From a virus (Duplodnaviria; Heunggongvirae; Uroviricota; Caudoviricetes), in the IMG/VR virus record IMGVR_UViG_3300044712_001463: a DNA stretch of 30,861 nt, one strand, 5' to 3'. The notes below the pieces were generated by a model, which was not told where the DNA came from, made no database searches, and was given only the letters and a program-made list of their open reading frames with translations. A program made the translations under genes and the position numbers. This document shows positions 1 to 8,167 of this stretch, one piece after another; the first letter of the stretch is position 1; each line of letters opens with the position of its first letter.

Positions 1-519
1 ACATGCTCTTATTGTAACGGCAATGTTCGTAGAGAGTTCCGGGAACTAGATGGTGTTAAAATAAAGAGTATGGGTCGCAAAGTATTTCCAAAAAGGGATT
101 ACAGGACTTTCTTTTGTTGCGAGTCTTGCAAGAGAGAAGAGGAATCCGAAACCGACCACATGGTAGATGTTGAGTGGGTAAAGTCACATATTAATGTTGA
201 TAAAAATCTTTGGCAATCAAAGAATGAATATCTCACAAAGCCATACGGAGATGAAGAGGAATATAGAGCCATTAATGTATTAAGGTTTAGGTTTAGATTT
301 CTTACACAATCCGTTTGGTACGCAGATAAGAAAAACTTCTGGAAACTTAGGTTGCCTTTTAAAATCAGTCTTAGTCTCAAGCGAACAAAGATGTACTTAT
401 ATAGCAGCATTGATATACCACAAGGAAAATGGGTTTATAATTTGCCGTTTAGATGCTCAGAGAAATTAGGCATGGTAATTATGAACCCAAAGGGAATACA
501 AAAATTAACTCTGAGTTAA
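1..519 (+). CDS. Hypothetical protein with two CxxC-type motifs, 5'-truncated
   Basis: Frame 1 is open from base 1 (TCSYCNGNVRREF...) into the ORF-track ORF 70..519 (also contains CCESC), so the true start is left of the window. Confidence 0.7.
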   Translation, partial: TCSYCNGNVRREFRELDGVKIKSMGRKVFPKRDYRTFFCCESCKREEESETDHMVDVEWVKSHINVDKNLWQSKNEYLTKPYGDEEEYRAINVLRFRFRFLTQSVWYADKKNFWKLRLPFKISLSLKRTKMYLYSSIDIPQGKWVYNLPFRCSEKLGMVIMNPKGIQKLTLS

Positions 520-521
520 AA

Positions 522-893
522 ATGAGTATTTGGGACAAAGTCAAAGTCAAAACAATCAAAGGCAAGCACGCAAAGGTTAGCTATGTTAATGTTACTGGTG
601 AGCAAATTGGAGAAGTGTTTGCTATCCATTTCACAAAAGGAATGGCTGAAAAATTTAAAAAGTTTAGACTTAGAAAAGCCACCGCGATATTCAGTTTATA
701 TGTAGACAAAGAATATCGCGGAGAAGGATGGGGAAGCATAATGCTTTGGTCAGTTACAAAAGACAAAGGACGTTATCTTTTAATAGCTGACAAAAGAGAA
801 AGTAAAACAATACATAAGTATTATGAAGCATTCGGATTTGAAAAGTTAATGAAGACAAAAAATGGCTGGATGATGACTCTAAGGAGGAAGTAA
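522..893 (+). CDS. GNAT-family N-acetyltransferase
   Basis: LYVDKEYRGEGWGSIML (acetyl-CoA-binding R-G-x-G motif) and YYEAFGFE; ATG 522 follows the upstream stop at 519. Confidence 0.75.
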   Translation: MSIWDKVKVKTIKGKHAKVSYVNVTGEQIGEVFAIHFTKGMAEKFKKFRLRKATAIFSLYVDKEYRGEGWGSIMLWSVTKDKGRYLLIADKRESKTIHKYYEAFGFEKLMKTKNGWMMTLRRK

Positions 894-895
894 AA

Positions 896-1120
896 ATGGC
901 TATCGAAATAATTTCAGAAACAGTAATAAGAACATGTGACATATGCTGTAAGAAATGTGATACTTATAATGACAAGACAGAAGCCACAATAGAAATACAG
1001 CATCATACGTTAAACAATTTAGGAGAAAGAAGCGGCTGGTATTCTAGAAAGCGAGACCTTTGCGATGCATGTTTATTGAAAGTAAATAATCTTATAGATG
1101 GTCTGATTAAAAATGCTTGA
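896..1120 (+). CDS. Small Cys-rich hypothetical protein (possible Zn binder)
   Basis: AGGAGG RBS upstream; CDICCKKC and CDAC motifs. Confidence 0.7.
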   Translation: MAIEIISETVIRTCDICCKKCDTYNDKTEATIEIQHHTLNNLGERSGWYSRKRDLCDACLLKVNNLIDGLIKNA

Positions 1121-1144
1121 CAAGTTCTCTAGTCTATGTATAAT
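1117..1144 (+). promoter_or_regulatory. sigma70-like promoter, 16-bp spacer
   Basis: TTGACA(1117-1122)-N16-TATAAT(1139-1144); flanks near-identical to the 5365 promoter. Confidence 0.85.
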
Positions 1145-1172
1145 AGAGTAAACCCATACTATGAGGATAAAA

Positions 1173-1430
1173 ATGACATCTATGGAAGCACTGAGTTTGA
1201 TTAAGGAAAAGGCTAATGATGATTTTTTAGATTTCATAAAAGATTTTAAAGAGTTTGTTACAGACTTCATTTTTGATGATGATCATCTCGTAATGAGGGG
1301 ACTTGGCGTACTTCTTTTAGTAGGACTTGTTTTAATAGGGTTTATTATAATCCCTGTTTTTCTTTTTCTTTATTTGTTGGGCATGATTATTTTTTGTTTT
1401 GAAATAGCATTTAATGATAGGAGTAAATAA
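1173..1430 (+). CDS. Small membrane protein
   Basis: GAGG RBS before ATG 1173 (alternative start 1161); long hydrophobic C-terminal stretch. Confidence 0.7.
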   Translation: MTSMEALSLIKEKANDDFLDFIKDFKEFVTDFIFDDDHLVMRGLGVLLLVGLVLIGFIIIPVFLFLYLLGMIIFCFEIAFNDRSK

Positions 1431-1861
1431 TGTTTATGTGGGATATGTTTAAGGACATGTTAAATGATGGTCCTTTAGGGATTATGTTGGCGCTATTGCT
1501 TGCACTACTTGGCTCCCTAGTTTTGTTTTTGTTTTTTATTATTGGAGTTGCGATATATAATTGCACGATAAATGGTGTGGATAAATGGACGCCAACCGAG
1601 GCAGTCTTTCAAGAATGCATCTATCATCATGGATACACAACCACTACATATGTAATGGTTGGGAAAGTCATGAGTCCTATTGTTAGTTATGTTCCAGAAC
1701 GCTGGGAAGCAAGGTTAAAAACCAAAGAGCCTATTAATGGACAGACTTACGATTTTATTTTGCCATCAGGCGATTGTTCGACGACTAATCCTGGAACAAT
1801 TTGGAAATGCAAATATGGTTATCATAGGGTGGATAAGGAAATTGATTTCATTACTTATTAG
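1430..1861 (+). CDS. Membrane-anchored hypothetical protein
   Basis: TAATG coupling to the upstream gene; N-terminal hydrophobic helix followed by a soluble Thr/Cys-containing domain. Confidence 0.7.
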   Translation: MFMWDMFKDMLNDGPLGIMLALLLALLGSLVLFLFFIIGVAIYNCTINGVDKWTPTEAVFQECIYHHGYTTTTYVMVGKVMSPIVSYVPERWEARLKTKEPINGQTYDFILPSGDCSTTNPGTIWKCKYGYHRVDKEIDFITY

Positions 1862-1881
1862 GAACTTATTAGGAGAATAAA

Positions 1882-2181
1882 ATGAAAATGGCAAAAGAGG
1901 ATTGGGGAATTGTCAGGATAGAGGCATTTGGATATATATCACGCATTAGCGAAGAGGCTCTAAAGATTTTGGGTCTCACTACTGTTTTTTGTCTTACTTA
2001 TTTTAATTGCGCATTTTTTCTTTTCTTTTATAGCAAAGCGCCACTACCAATATCTTTGTTTTTCTTTCCAATGTTTGCATCTTTTTTCGCATGTTTAATT
2101 TCAACTTTGATTTGGCATGCACTTAATGACTTTATTATTCCAGCATTGAAGACTATTCAGATAGAAAAGAGGGCAAGATGA
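1882..2181 (+). CDS. Small membrane protein
   Basis: AGGAG RBS; two hydrophobic Phe-rich segments. Confidence 0.7.
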   Translation: MKMAKEDWGIVRIEAFGYISRISEEALKILGLTTVFCLTYFNCAFFLFFYSKAPLPISLFFFPMFASFFACLISTLIWHALNDFIIPALKTIQIEKRAR

Positions 2182-2819
2182 GAGACGAACTGAATGATAG
2201 AATAATCAATGACTTCCCTAATCTCTACCGGGATAAGAATGCTCCTCCAACAGAGAGCCTTATTTGCTTTGGCATTGAGGCTAGTGATGGTTGGTTTCAG
2301 TTAATCTATGAACTTTCCATGAAATTGGAAAAGGAAATCCTTAACTCGAAGCCATCGATTAGTATTAAGTTGCCATATATAAATTGGTATAAAATCAAAC
2401 TCCTATTTAAATATAAACAATGGCATGGCAGCCCATTTTACATGCGTTATGCGCTTATCAGACTATATAGTGATTGGCTTGCGAAGAATGTAGCAAAGGT
2501 TCTCGCAAAGATTTTTGGTGAGAACAATGTTATCTACAAATCTAAGCAGGATCTTATTAATACATATCATGCTACCCAGGTCAAGAGCAAGTTTGGTGGG
2601 CTTAGATTCTATGGTACATTTTCTGACAAGATGCAAAAGATAATTGACAAGTATGAATCACGCAGTTATCATACCTGTGAAATGTGCGGTGAAAAAGGAA
2701 GAGAAGTAAACATGGGTTGGATTTATACTGTCTGCGAAACTTGTGAAAAGAAGATTAGAGATAATAAAGAGAGAATTAAAAGGGAGTATGAAGAAAAACT
2801 CAAAGGAGAATCTAAATGA
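2178..2819 (+). CDS. Conserved phage-type hypothetical protein (KxKFGGLRFY motif, C-terminal CxxC...CxxC)
   Basis: QVKSKFGGLRFY, CEMCG, CETC; ATGA overlap with the upstream gene. The motif is recalled from phage hypothetical proteins; function unknown. Confidence 0.65.
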   Translation: MRDELNDRIINDFPNLYRDKNAPPTESLICFGIEASDGWFQLIYELSMKLEKEILNSKPSISIKLPYINWYKIKLLFKYKQWHGSPFYMRYALIRLYSDWLAKNVAKVLAKIFGENNVIYKSKQDLINTYHATQVKSKFGGLRFYGTFSDKMQKIIDKYESRSYHTCEMCGEKGREVNMGWIYTVCETCEKKIRDNKERIKREYEEKLKGESK

Positions 2820-3127
2820 AAATCCTAACTAGCATAATGCTTATACTTATGACTATTCTTGTGACTTCATCCTTCTTAGTGCGTCACTCAATTAGGGGTC
2901 GCAACTTTTCATGCAATTGGAAGATTCAAATGGAAGATGGCAGGAAACTTGATATATATGAACCAGGGAAGTATATAAACCATGGTCCTGGTCAAGAGTG
3001 CGCCGATGATCCAATTAGAATGGCTGAAGTTGATTATGGAGACTTGAGAAACCATATTGTTGGATACATCAAGGTCAATAGATGGGGAACTGAAATAGGT
3101 TATGTTCCACCATGTAAAGGAAAGTAA
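2816..3127 (+). CDS. Hypothetical protein with N-terminal signal or anchor
   Basis: AAGGAG RBS, ATGA overlap, hydrophobic N-terminus. Confidence 0.65.
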   Translation: MKILTSIMLILMTILVTSSFLVRHSIRGRNFSCNWKIQMEDGRKLDIYEPGKYINHGPGQECADDPIRMAEVDYGDLRNHIVGYIKVNRWGTEIGYVPPCKGK

Positions 3128-3132
3128 TAAAA

Positions 3133-3420
3133 ATGGAATCGACGCCATCTCCTAAAAAGAAAAAAGCATTTGAGGAAAAGTTTCCAGTTGTAATTGGAAG
3201 ATGGTATCGTTGTAATTTGATTAAGAAAAGAAACACAATAATAAAAATAACGGGCTACGAAGAGATATATCAGTGTGATGTTTATAAGTTGAAATATGGT
3301 TCTGCTTTTTTGATAAAAAAATCCCTTCCAATTACGGAAGGGGATTTGTTTAATTTCTTCAGACCAGCGAAGAAGCCTAGTATTCATGGATTTGATTATT
3401 CAGAGTATAAACTTCTTTAG
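3133..3420 (+). CDS. Hypothetical basic protein
   Basis: ORF track; follows the upstream gene by 5 nt; 3' end overlaps the convergent HNH gene by 21 nt. Confidence 0.6.
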   Translation: MESTPSPKKKKAFEEKFPVVIGRWYRCNLIKKRNTIIKITGYEEIYQCDVYKLKYGSAFLIKKSLPITEGDLFNFFRPAKKPSIHGFDYSEYKLL

Positions 3421-3798
3421 CATTGCTTTGGCAGTCTTGAAATTAAACTTCTTCTTTTTCTTTTTTAATTCTGCTTTGATTAGTTCAGCCTGGTTAGGAG
3501 AAAGATTGAAATGCAAAGCAAAGTGTTCAGTATCTTTTAGAAGTTGAAGATTTTCTATTCTATTGTCGTTTCTTTTTTTGTTTATATGATGAACGTGCTG
3601 ATCTGATTTCAGTGGTTTGCCAAGGTTATGCATTATAATCAGTCTATGTATGAAGTGCTTCTGCCATCCTATCTTAAAATACAAATAGCCATTCCGAGCC
3701 CGGGATGGCTTTTTCTTTGGGCTATCCTTTAGAACCACGGTTCCTTTGGCTTCATCTATTATCAATAGATTCATTAATTTTTCAAATGACTTGTTCAT
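3400..3798 (-). CDS. Free-standing HNH endonuclease (HNH_3-like, homing-endonuclease type)
   Basis: IHRLIIM...HVHHINKKRNDNRIENL is an HNH signature; oriented against the flanking genes; Lys-rich tail. Confidence 0.85.
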   Translation of the reverse strand: MNKSFEKLMNLLIIDEAKGTVVLKDSPKKKPSRARNGYLYFKIGWQKHFIHRLIIMHNLGKPLKSDQHVHHINKKRNDNRIENLQLLKDTEHFALHFNLSPNQAELIKAELKKKKKKFNFKTAKAMLKKFIL

Positions 3799-3800
3799 AT

Positions 3801-3818
3801 TATATTTGTTTTTTATAA
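3801..3818 (-). promoter_or_regulatory. Candidate late-promoter motif TTATAAAAAA-NNANTAYA (HNH gene)
   Basis: Minus strand reads TTATAAAAAACAAATATA, ending 2 nt before the HNH ATG and lying almost entirely within the loop of a 9-bp inverted repeat (3793-3801/3821-3829). Confidence 0.5.
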
Positions 3819-3861
3819 GAAATATGAACCTAATAGATTAATTAAAAATGGGCTATTTATT

Positions 3862-3879
3862 TTATAAAAAATTAATATA
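3862..3879 (+). promoter_or_regulatory. Candidate late-promoter motif
   Basis: ATTTTATAAAAAATTAATATA; the same 13-nt core occurs at 15330 and 27911. Confidence 0.55.
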
Positions 3880-3906
3880 GTAAATGTGTGTATCACAGGG
3901 GAAAAA

Positions 3907-4641
3907 ATGACCAAAGAAGAGATTATTCAAAAAATAAAAGAAGATTCTATTGCTATCAGTAGTGACATTGAGGCTATTGAGGCTCAGATTGCTATTTTTA
4001 TTAGACTCAACCATAGTATAGATGAAAACTTTTTCCATATGATTAGGGAAGTAACCATTGAAGCAAATAAAATTGATAATTTTGTAAAATCAAAAGTGGC
4101 AAGTGGAGAGATTACTCACCAAGAGATTCCAAATGAGATGAAAGTTGTTGTTGAATTTTTACAACTTTTGAAAGAATTAGAAGAACAAGATAAACAAAAC
4201 TCTTTCGTTTCTCCCATTACTTTTGATGAAAATAGAGCAAGAGTTCTTGAGTCTACGGAAATACAAGAAAAGATTTTTAAAGAATTTGAGAAGTTGCTAG
4301 ATAAGATTTTGGCAGAAGTTGGGAGTAGAGACTTAACGGCAGAGGAAAAGGCATCTATTGCAGAAAGTTTTAATAAGAACTTGACTAATTTTAAAAATAA
4401 TTTGAGAGAGTTGTCCATATCGATTAAGATTGTGCCTGCTAGTATAAAAGAAAAAATAGGTCAAGTTAAGGATGCTATATCATACAACTATAAGCAAACT
4501 GGTGAAGAACTTGATGAGGATTTAATTGAGCTGGCAGAAGACCTTGCAGCAGAAACAGACCCAGCAGAAAGAGCTGCAATAAAAGAAGACATAAAGAATA
4601 TAATCATGTCTATAAAGACAGAATTTGACCTTGGAGTTTAG
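3907..4641 (+). CDS. Acidic, helical/coiled-coil hypothetical protein
   Basis: GGGG-A-rich RBS before ATG 3907; E/K/I-rich composition. Confidence 0.7.
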   Translation: MTKEEIIQKIKEDSIAISSDIEAIEAQIAIFIRLNHSIDENFFHMIREVTIEANKIDNFVKSKVASGEITHQEIPNEMKVVVEFLQLLKELEEQDKQNSFVSPITFDENRARVLESTEIQEKIFKEFEKLLDKILAEVGSRDLTAEEKASIAESFNKNLTNFKNNLRELSISIKIVPASIKEKIGQVKDAISYNYKQTGEELDEDLIELAEDLAAETDPAERAAIKEDIKNIIMSIKTEFDLGV

Positions 4642-4642
4642 A

Positions 4643-5359
4643 ATGAGATTAGCGTATTCACAAACAGAGTCTAATTTGATAGGTCAAATCAAAGGTGAGA
4701 TTAATGATCTTTATGTTGTATTTTCAAATTTTGGAAGATTGAATGATGCGCAGAGACATAGTGCTATTATTGCATTTTTGAAACTTGATAAAAAAATAGA
4801 TGAGTATAAAGAAGCCGATATTATAACTCCAGCGACTCTAGGTGAAAGTCTTTCTCAGTTTTCAATGATTGGAAGAACAGTAATGCATTTAATGAAGACT
4901 CTATATAAGAGAAATGATTTCACTTTATCTTTTGTTCCAGAGCAAGTTACAACTAAGAAGCAAGCAATTGATTTTATAGAAAAACACATAAACAAGTTTG
5001 AAGAATTGAAAGAACAATCAGTTTTACCTAATGCAAAAATGGATAGGAAAAAGCTTGCAAAGTACTATGCGACTTTTTTCACATATATAACAAAGTTTTT
5101 TAACGAGGGACTTGTTGATATCCAGGATATAGAGAATTTTCATATTATTTTAAAGATACAGAAATATGTTAATAACATTTTGGGTGGACATATTATAGAT
5201 GTTTCTCTTCTGAACCCTAAAATAAGGGTAAAATTATCAGATGAAGAAAAGGACAGTTTTCTTATTTCACTTATAAAGAGATTTGTTTATTCTTCTAATC
5301 CAAGGGAAAAAATGCTTGCTTTATCTAGGTTAAAAACGCTAGTTAAGGATGTAGCATAA
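4643..5359 (+). CDS. Hypothetical protein
   Basis: GGAG RBS and ATG 2 nt after the upstream TAG; the ORF-track TTG start at 4625 is less likely. Confidence 0.7.
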   Translation: MRLAYSQTESNLIGQIKGEINDLYVVFSNFGRLNDAQRHSAIIAFLKLDKKIDEYKEADIITPATLGESLSQFSMIGRTVMHLMKTLYKRNDFTLSFVPEQVTTKKQAIDFIEKHINKFEELKEQSVLPNAKMDRKKLAKYYATFFTYITKFFNEGLVDIQDIENFHIILKIQKYVNNILGGHIIDVSLLNPKIRVKLSDEEKDSFLISLIKRFVYSSNPREKMLALSRLKTLVKDVA

Positions 5360-5364
5360 AATGC

Positions 5365-5392
5365 TTGACAAGTTTTAAGAGTTATGTATAAT
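5365..5392 (+). promoter_or_regulatory. sigma70-like promoter, 16-bp spacer
   Basis: TTGACA(5365-5370)-N16-TATAAT(5387-5392). Confidence 0.85.
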
Positions 5393-5409
5393 AGAGTCAG
5401 GAGGACGCC

Positions 5410-5997
5410 ATGAAAACCCTGACTCTCATAATCGAAATCATCAGCGCACTAGGTTCAATCCCCTTCTTGATTATTCTTCCATATTTGATGGTTAGAAGGG
5501 CTTATTTGTTGATGCCAGAAACCTTCAAGATTTATCAGGTTCTTGCTTTTACCTTTGTTTCTGCAATCTTCTTCAACTCAAACTCTGGCGATGTATTAAA
5601 GATTGTTTATTGCCTCTATGCGATTGTTACATTAAACAACTTCATGAAGATTAAGAGTGTCTTGAAGTTTGTTTATTACAACATCATGCTTGCTGTTTGC
5701 CCTTCAGAGTATTATCAGTTACTCGTTAGCGACATGAAGTATTACTTCAAGGTTCCTATTGATTTTAATTTTATCATTGGTCATGAGTTTCTCGTTCTTA
5801 CAGACCCGTTTCTTAGGAACACAAAGAGGAAGTTGCACCTTGGTTTTTGTGAAGGTAATCCAGAAGGATTCGTTCAGATTGCAAAGTTCTACCTGGAATT
5901 CATCAAGGATGCAGATTATTTAGAAACATTAGAAAGATACTACGACATCGTTGCATTTAACACACTTTCACTAGTCTTGATTTACTTAATAAAATAA
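5410..5997 (+). CDS. Membrane protein, hypothetical
   Basis: AGGAGG RBS; several hydrophobic N-terminal segments. Confidence 0.7.
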   Translation: MKTLTLIIEIISALGSIPFLIILPYLMVRRAYLLMPETFKIYQVLAFTFVSAIFFNSNSGDVLKIVYCLYAIVTLNNFMKIKSVLKFVYYNIMLAVCPSEYYQLLVSDMKYYFKVPIDFNFIIGHEFLVLTDPFLRNTKRKLHLGFCEGNPEGFVQIAKFYLEFIKDADYLETLERYYDIVAFNTLSLVLIYLIK

Positions 5998-6009
5998 GGG
6001 GAAATAAAA

Positions 6010-6684
6010 ATGAAAAAGAGAGCAAGCAAAGGAAGAATTATAGACCCTCTATCTTTTATTCTAAGAGATAAGAGTGAAAATAACATTCAACTTTCCCCAG
6101 TAGATGGGGATGGTTATGATATTATCTATAAGAGCTTAAATAAGGACTTATTGGCTGCTTTTCCAGATGGCATAAGAATCGGTCAAATAAAAATACAAGA
6201 CGCTTTCATTAAGTTGATTGAATTTATAAAGCATAACGAGGGGCAGCACAATCAGGAAGCCGCCAGTATGCCGAATGAAATATGGCAATATATTGTCAGT
6301 AAGGACTTGAAGTCACAAGATGAAAATCAGACGGAGATTATAAGCAACAACTTTACGATTTGTCAAAATCTAAACACTGGCGCTTATCTTGGAAAGAAAG
6401 AGCAATATGATGCCGCCATTGAAAGATTAAAGAAGTTTCAACACGAATCTGCCGATAAGATTGTTGCTAGATATGCCCTTGCTGCTGGAAACGGTAAATG
6501 GGCAGGTGTAATCAGAGAATCTCTTCCTTTGTTTCAAAGGCTTCATCCTGCTGAAGCTAGGGAACTTAGAGTTGTTTCGGCAAAGATGGAAGAGAAACAA
6601 AGAAAAATTGTTGCCTATAAGAAGCAGATAAAGAAGGCTTCTTATAAAACCAGAATTAAAAACTCAACAAAAAAGGAGAAGTAA
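6010..6684 (+). CDS. Hypothetical protein with basic C-terminus
   Basis: AAGGGG RBS; ORF track. Confidence 0.7.
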   Translation: MKKRASKGRIIDPLSFILRDKSENNIQLSPVDGDGYDIIYKSLNKDLLAAFPDGIRIGQIKIQDAFIKLIEFIKHNEGQHNQEAASMPNEIWQYIVSKDLKSQDENQTEIISNNFTICQNLNTGAYLGKKEQYDAAIERLKKFQHESADKIVARYALAAGNGKWAGVIRESLPLFQRLHPAEARELRVVSAKMEEKQRKIVAYKKQIKKASYKTRIKNSTKKEK

Positions 6685-6686
6685 CC

Positions 6687-7190
6687 ATGGCTACACCTCA
6701 GGAGAAGAGGGCAATTCTTATGTCGGCTGGAGATGGCATGTTTGAGGCTTGCTTTATGGCTGATAGCAAAAAGAAGGGACAGTATGTTCGTAATATGATG
6801 GCTAAACTTCATGTTCCCTATCAGTCCTCGCATGCTTCAGATGAAGCAGATGTGGCTGCTAGGACTAGCACGAGGGTTGAAAGCGATACTCAAAAGGATT
6901 TAGTTACTTGCTATGACTTGAATCTTGCCAATGAGGTTTGGACGGAAGCAAAGGCTAATGGCAAAACTGATGAAGAGGCTGACCGCGAAGCAAACTCTAA
7001 GTGCTATCGTCGCATCCCCCTTCAAAGGCTTTTCTGGTTGGTTGTAAATGGCAGAACCTATGATTTCAGAAAGAATGTCTATGACGGAGATCTTGAACAG
7101 GGATTGACATTGGATAATGTAAACAATGACCAAACTCATCAGACTCCACAAAACCCAGATGGAGATCGTCCTCCAATTTCATACAGGTAA
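6687..7190 (+). CDS. Hypothetical protein, possibly SH3-like beta-barrel (WYL_2/DUF2693-like)
   Basis: AAGGAG RBS; pattern FEACFMADSKKKGQYVRNM...VTCYDL...YRRIPL...VNGRTY resembles this phage family (recognised by eye). Confidence 0.45.
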   Translation: MATPQEKRAILMSAGDGMFEACFMADSKKKGQYVRNMMAKLHVPYQSSHASDEADVAARTSTRVESDTQKDLVTCYDLNLANEVWTEAKANGKTDEEADREANSKCYRRIPLQRLFWLVVNGRTYDFRKNVYDGDLEQGLTLDNVNNDQTHQTPQNPDGDRPPISYR

Positions 7191-7210
7191 ATAAAATAAA
7201 AACTTTAACA

Positions 7211-7240
7211 AAAAGCCCCTAATTTTCATTAGGGGCTTTT
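7211..7240. terminator. Bidirectional intrinsic terminator
   Basis: AAAAGCCCCTAAT-TTTC-ATTAGGGGCTTTT, perfect 13-bp inverted repeat. Confidence 0.85.
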
Positions 7241-7246
7241 ATTTTT

Positions 7247-7255
7247 TGATATAAT
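7247..7255 (+). promoter_or_regulatory. Extended -10 promoter
   Basis: TGATATAAT (TGnTATAAT) directly after the terminator; no -35 match. Confidence 0.5.
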
Positions 7256-7280
7256 ATATATAAGATTTTTGGAGTCAAAA

Positions 7281-7637
7281 ATGAACTCAGTAATAGCATA
7301 TTTGATATATAATAAAAATTGCCCAGTATGCTCCTTTATTGCAGAGGAAGTTAAAGACTGGTTCAGTAGAGGTATTATAGATATAATACCAAACGACCAT
7401 TGCGTAGCACCACATATGCACGAGGATTTAGATGAAGAAAAAGTCAGAAGGGATGTCCATTTAGTTGTATTGGAAAAAAATGGAGACTATGTTCTTTATT
7501 CTGGTGGCAAGGCTGTTTTTAGAATCTTCTCTATGAAGTTTAAAATAATGGGTTGGTTTTTTTATCCACCATTTACTTCAATCTTCAGTTTAATGTATTT
7601 TATTTTAAAGAAGTTCATAGCATATGTGTTTGATTAA
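7281..7637 (+). CDS. DCC1-like (DUF393) thiol-disulfide oxidoreductase-like protein
   Basis: N-terminal LIYNKNCPVC (DxxCxxC-like), VHLV...YSGGKAVFRI and a hydrophobic C-terminus; GGAG RBS before ATG 7281. Confidence 0.6.
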   Translation: MNSVIAYLIYNKNCPVCSFIAEEVKDWFSRGIIDIIPNDHCVAPHMHEDLDEEKVRRDVHLVVLEKNGDYVLYSGGKAVFRIFSMKFKIMGWFFYPPFTSIFSLMYFILKKFIAYVFD

Positions 7638-7659
7638 AGAATCACTTTAACGTAAAGTA

Positions 7660-7685
7660 AAAAGCCCCTCAAAAGAGGGGCTTTT
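7660..7685. terminator. Bidirectional intrinsic terminator between convergent units
   Basis: AAAAGCCCCTC-AAAA-GAGGGGCTTTT, perfect 11-bp inverted repeat. Confidence 0.85.
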
Positions 7686-7691
7686 CTTTTA

Positions 7692-7721
7692 TTAACAGCC
7701 GCAGGGTTTCTTAGGTGCCAT
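7692..7721 (-). CDS. Candidate 9-aa mini-peptide MAPKKPCGC
   Basis: Strong SD AAGGGAGGTGG (plus-strand 7728-7738) with GGAGG 9 nt before ATG; lies between the groES stop and the terminator. Confidence 0.4.
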   Translation of the reverse strand: MAPKKPCGC

Positions 7722-7774
7722 TAACAACCACCTCCCTTGTATATGGATATAACGTAAGAGTCATGCTTTTGGAT

Positions 7775-8065
7775 TTAGATTACTCTTAGAATTATATCTT
7801 CTTCTGGAAGCGCTTTGTATTTTACCGCATCAATTTCGACTTCGTGCCCTGCATATTTTCCAATGACGACAACATCCCCAGGGTTTACTTGCATTGGGAT
7901 GAGAACTCCATCCTTATCCCTTTTGCCTGGTCCAACAGAAATAACAGTATAGGTTTCGCTTTGTTGTTCAACTATGTTTTCTGGAAGCAAGATTCCAGAT
8001 TTTGTTTTTTCATCTCTTTTATTCTCTTTTATCAAAACTATGTTTCCTAAAGGCTGAAATTGCAT
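7775..8065 (-). CDS. groES: Co-chaperonin GroES (Cpn10)
   Basis: QPLGNIVLIK, mobile loop KTKSGILLP, VISVGPGK, GDVVVIGKYAG; AGGAG RBS. Confidence 0.93.
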   Translation of the reverse strand: MQFQPLGNIVLIKENKRDEKTKSGILLPENIVEQQSETYTVISVGPGKRDKDGVLIPMQVNPGDVVVIGKYAGHEVEIDAVKYKALPEEDIILRVI

Positions 8066-8093
8066 TTTCTCTCCTAGAAGGTTGGTTTATAAT

Positions 8094-8121
8094 ACTATAC
8101 ATAATTTTACTTATTTTTAAA
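8094..8121 (-). promoter_or_regulatory. sigma70-like promoter for groES, 16-bp spacer
   Basis: Minus strand TTTAAA-N16-TATAGT; divergent from the nadD promoter. Confidence 0.55.
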
Positions 8122-8133
8122 GAAAATAATTCG

Positions 8134-8161
8134 TTGACAAGAAAGATTTTTTAAGTATAGT
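8134..8161 (+). promoter_or_regulatory. sigma70-like promoter for nadD, 16-bp spacer, likely leaderless transcript
   Basis: TTGACA(8134-8139)-N16-TATAGT(8156-8161); ATG 7 nt downstream; no SD visible. Confidence 0.8.
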
Positions 8162-8167
8162 AGTGCT

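Noticed and set aside
453-521. Upstream ORF-track starts (453, 3886, 4625, 7269, 8739, 10633, 11374, 12637, 14629, 28724, 29917)
   Set aside because: In most cases a downstream ATG has a clear SD and matches the family N-terminus; in the others (522, 29929) it fits the spacing to the adjacent gene better. The longer versions overlap upstream genes or promoters.
3400-3798. HNH as an intron- or intein-encoded endonuclease
   Set aside because: It lies antisense between intact genes with no interrupted host gene or intron core around it.
7711-7764. 17-aa minus-strand ORF MTLTLYPYTREVVVNGT downstream of groES
   Set aside because: No SD upstream; the strong SD inside it fits the 9-aa ORF in another frame.
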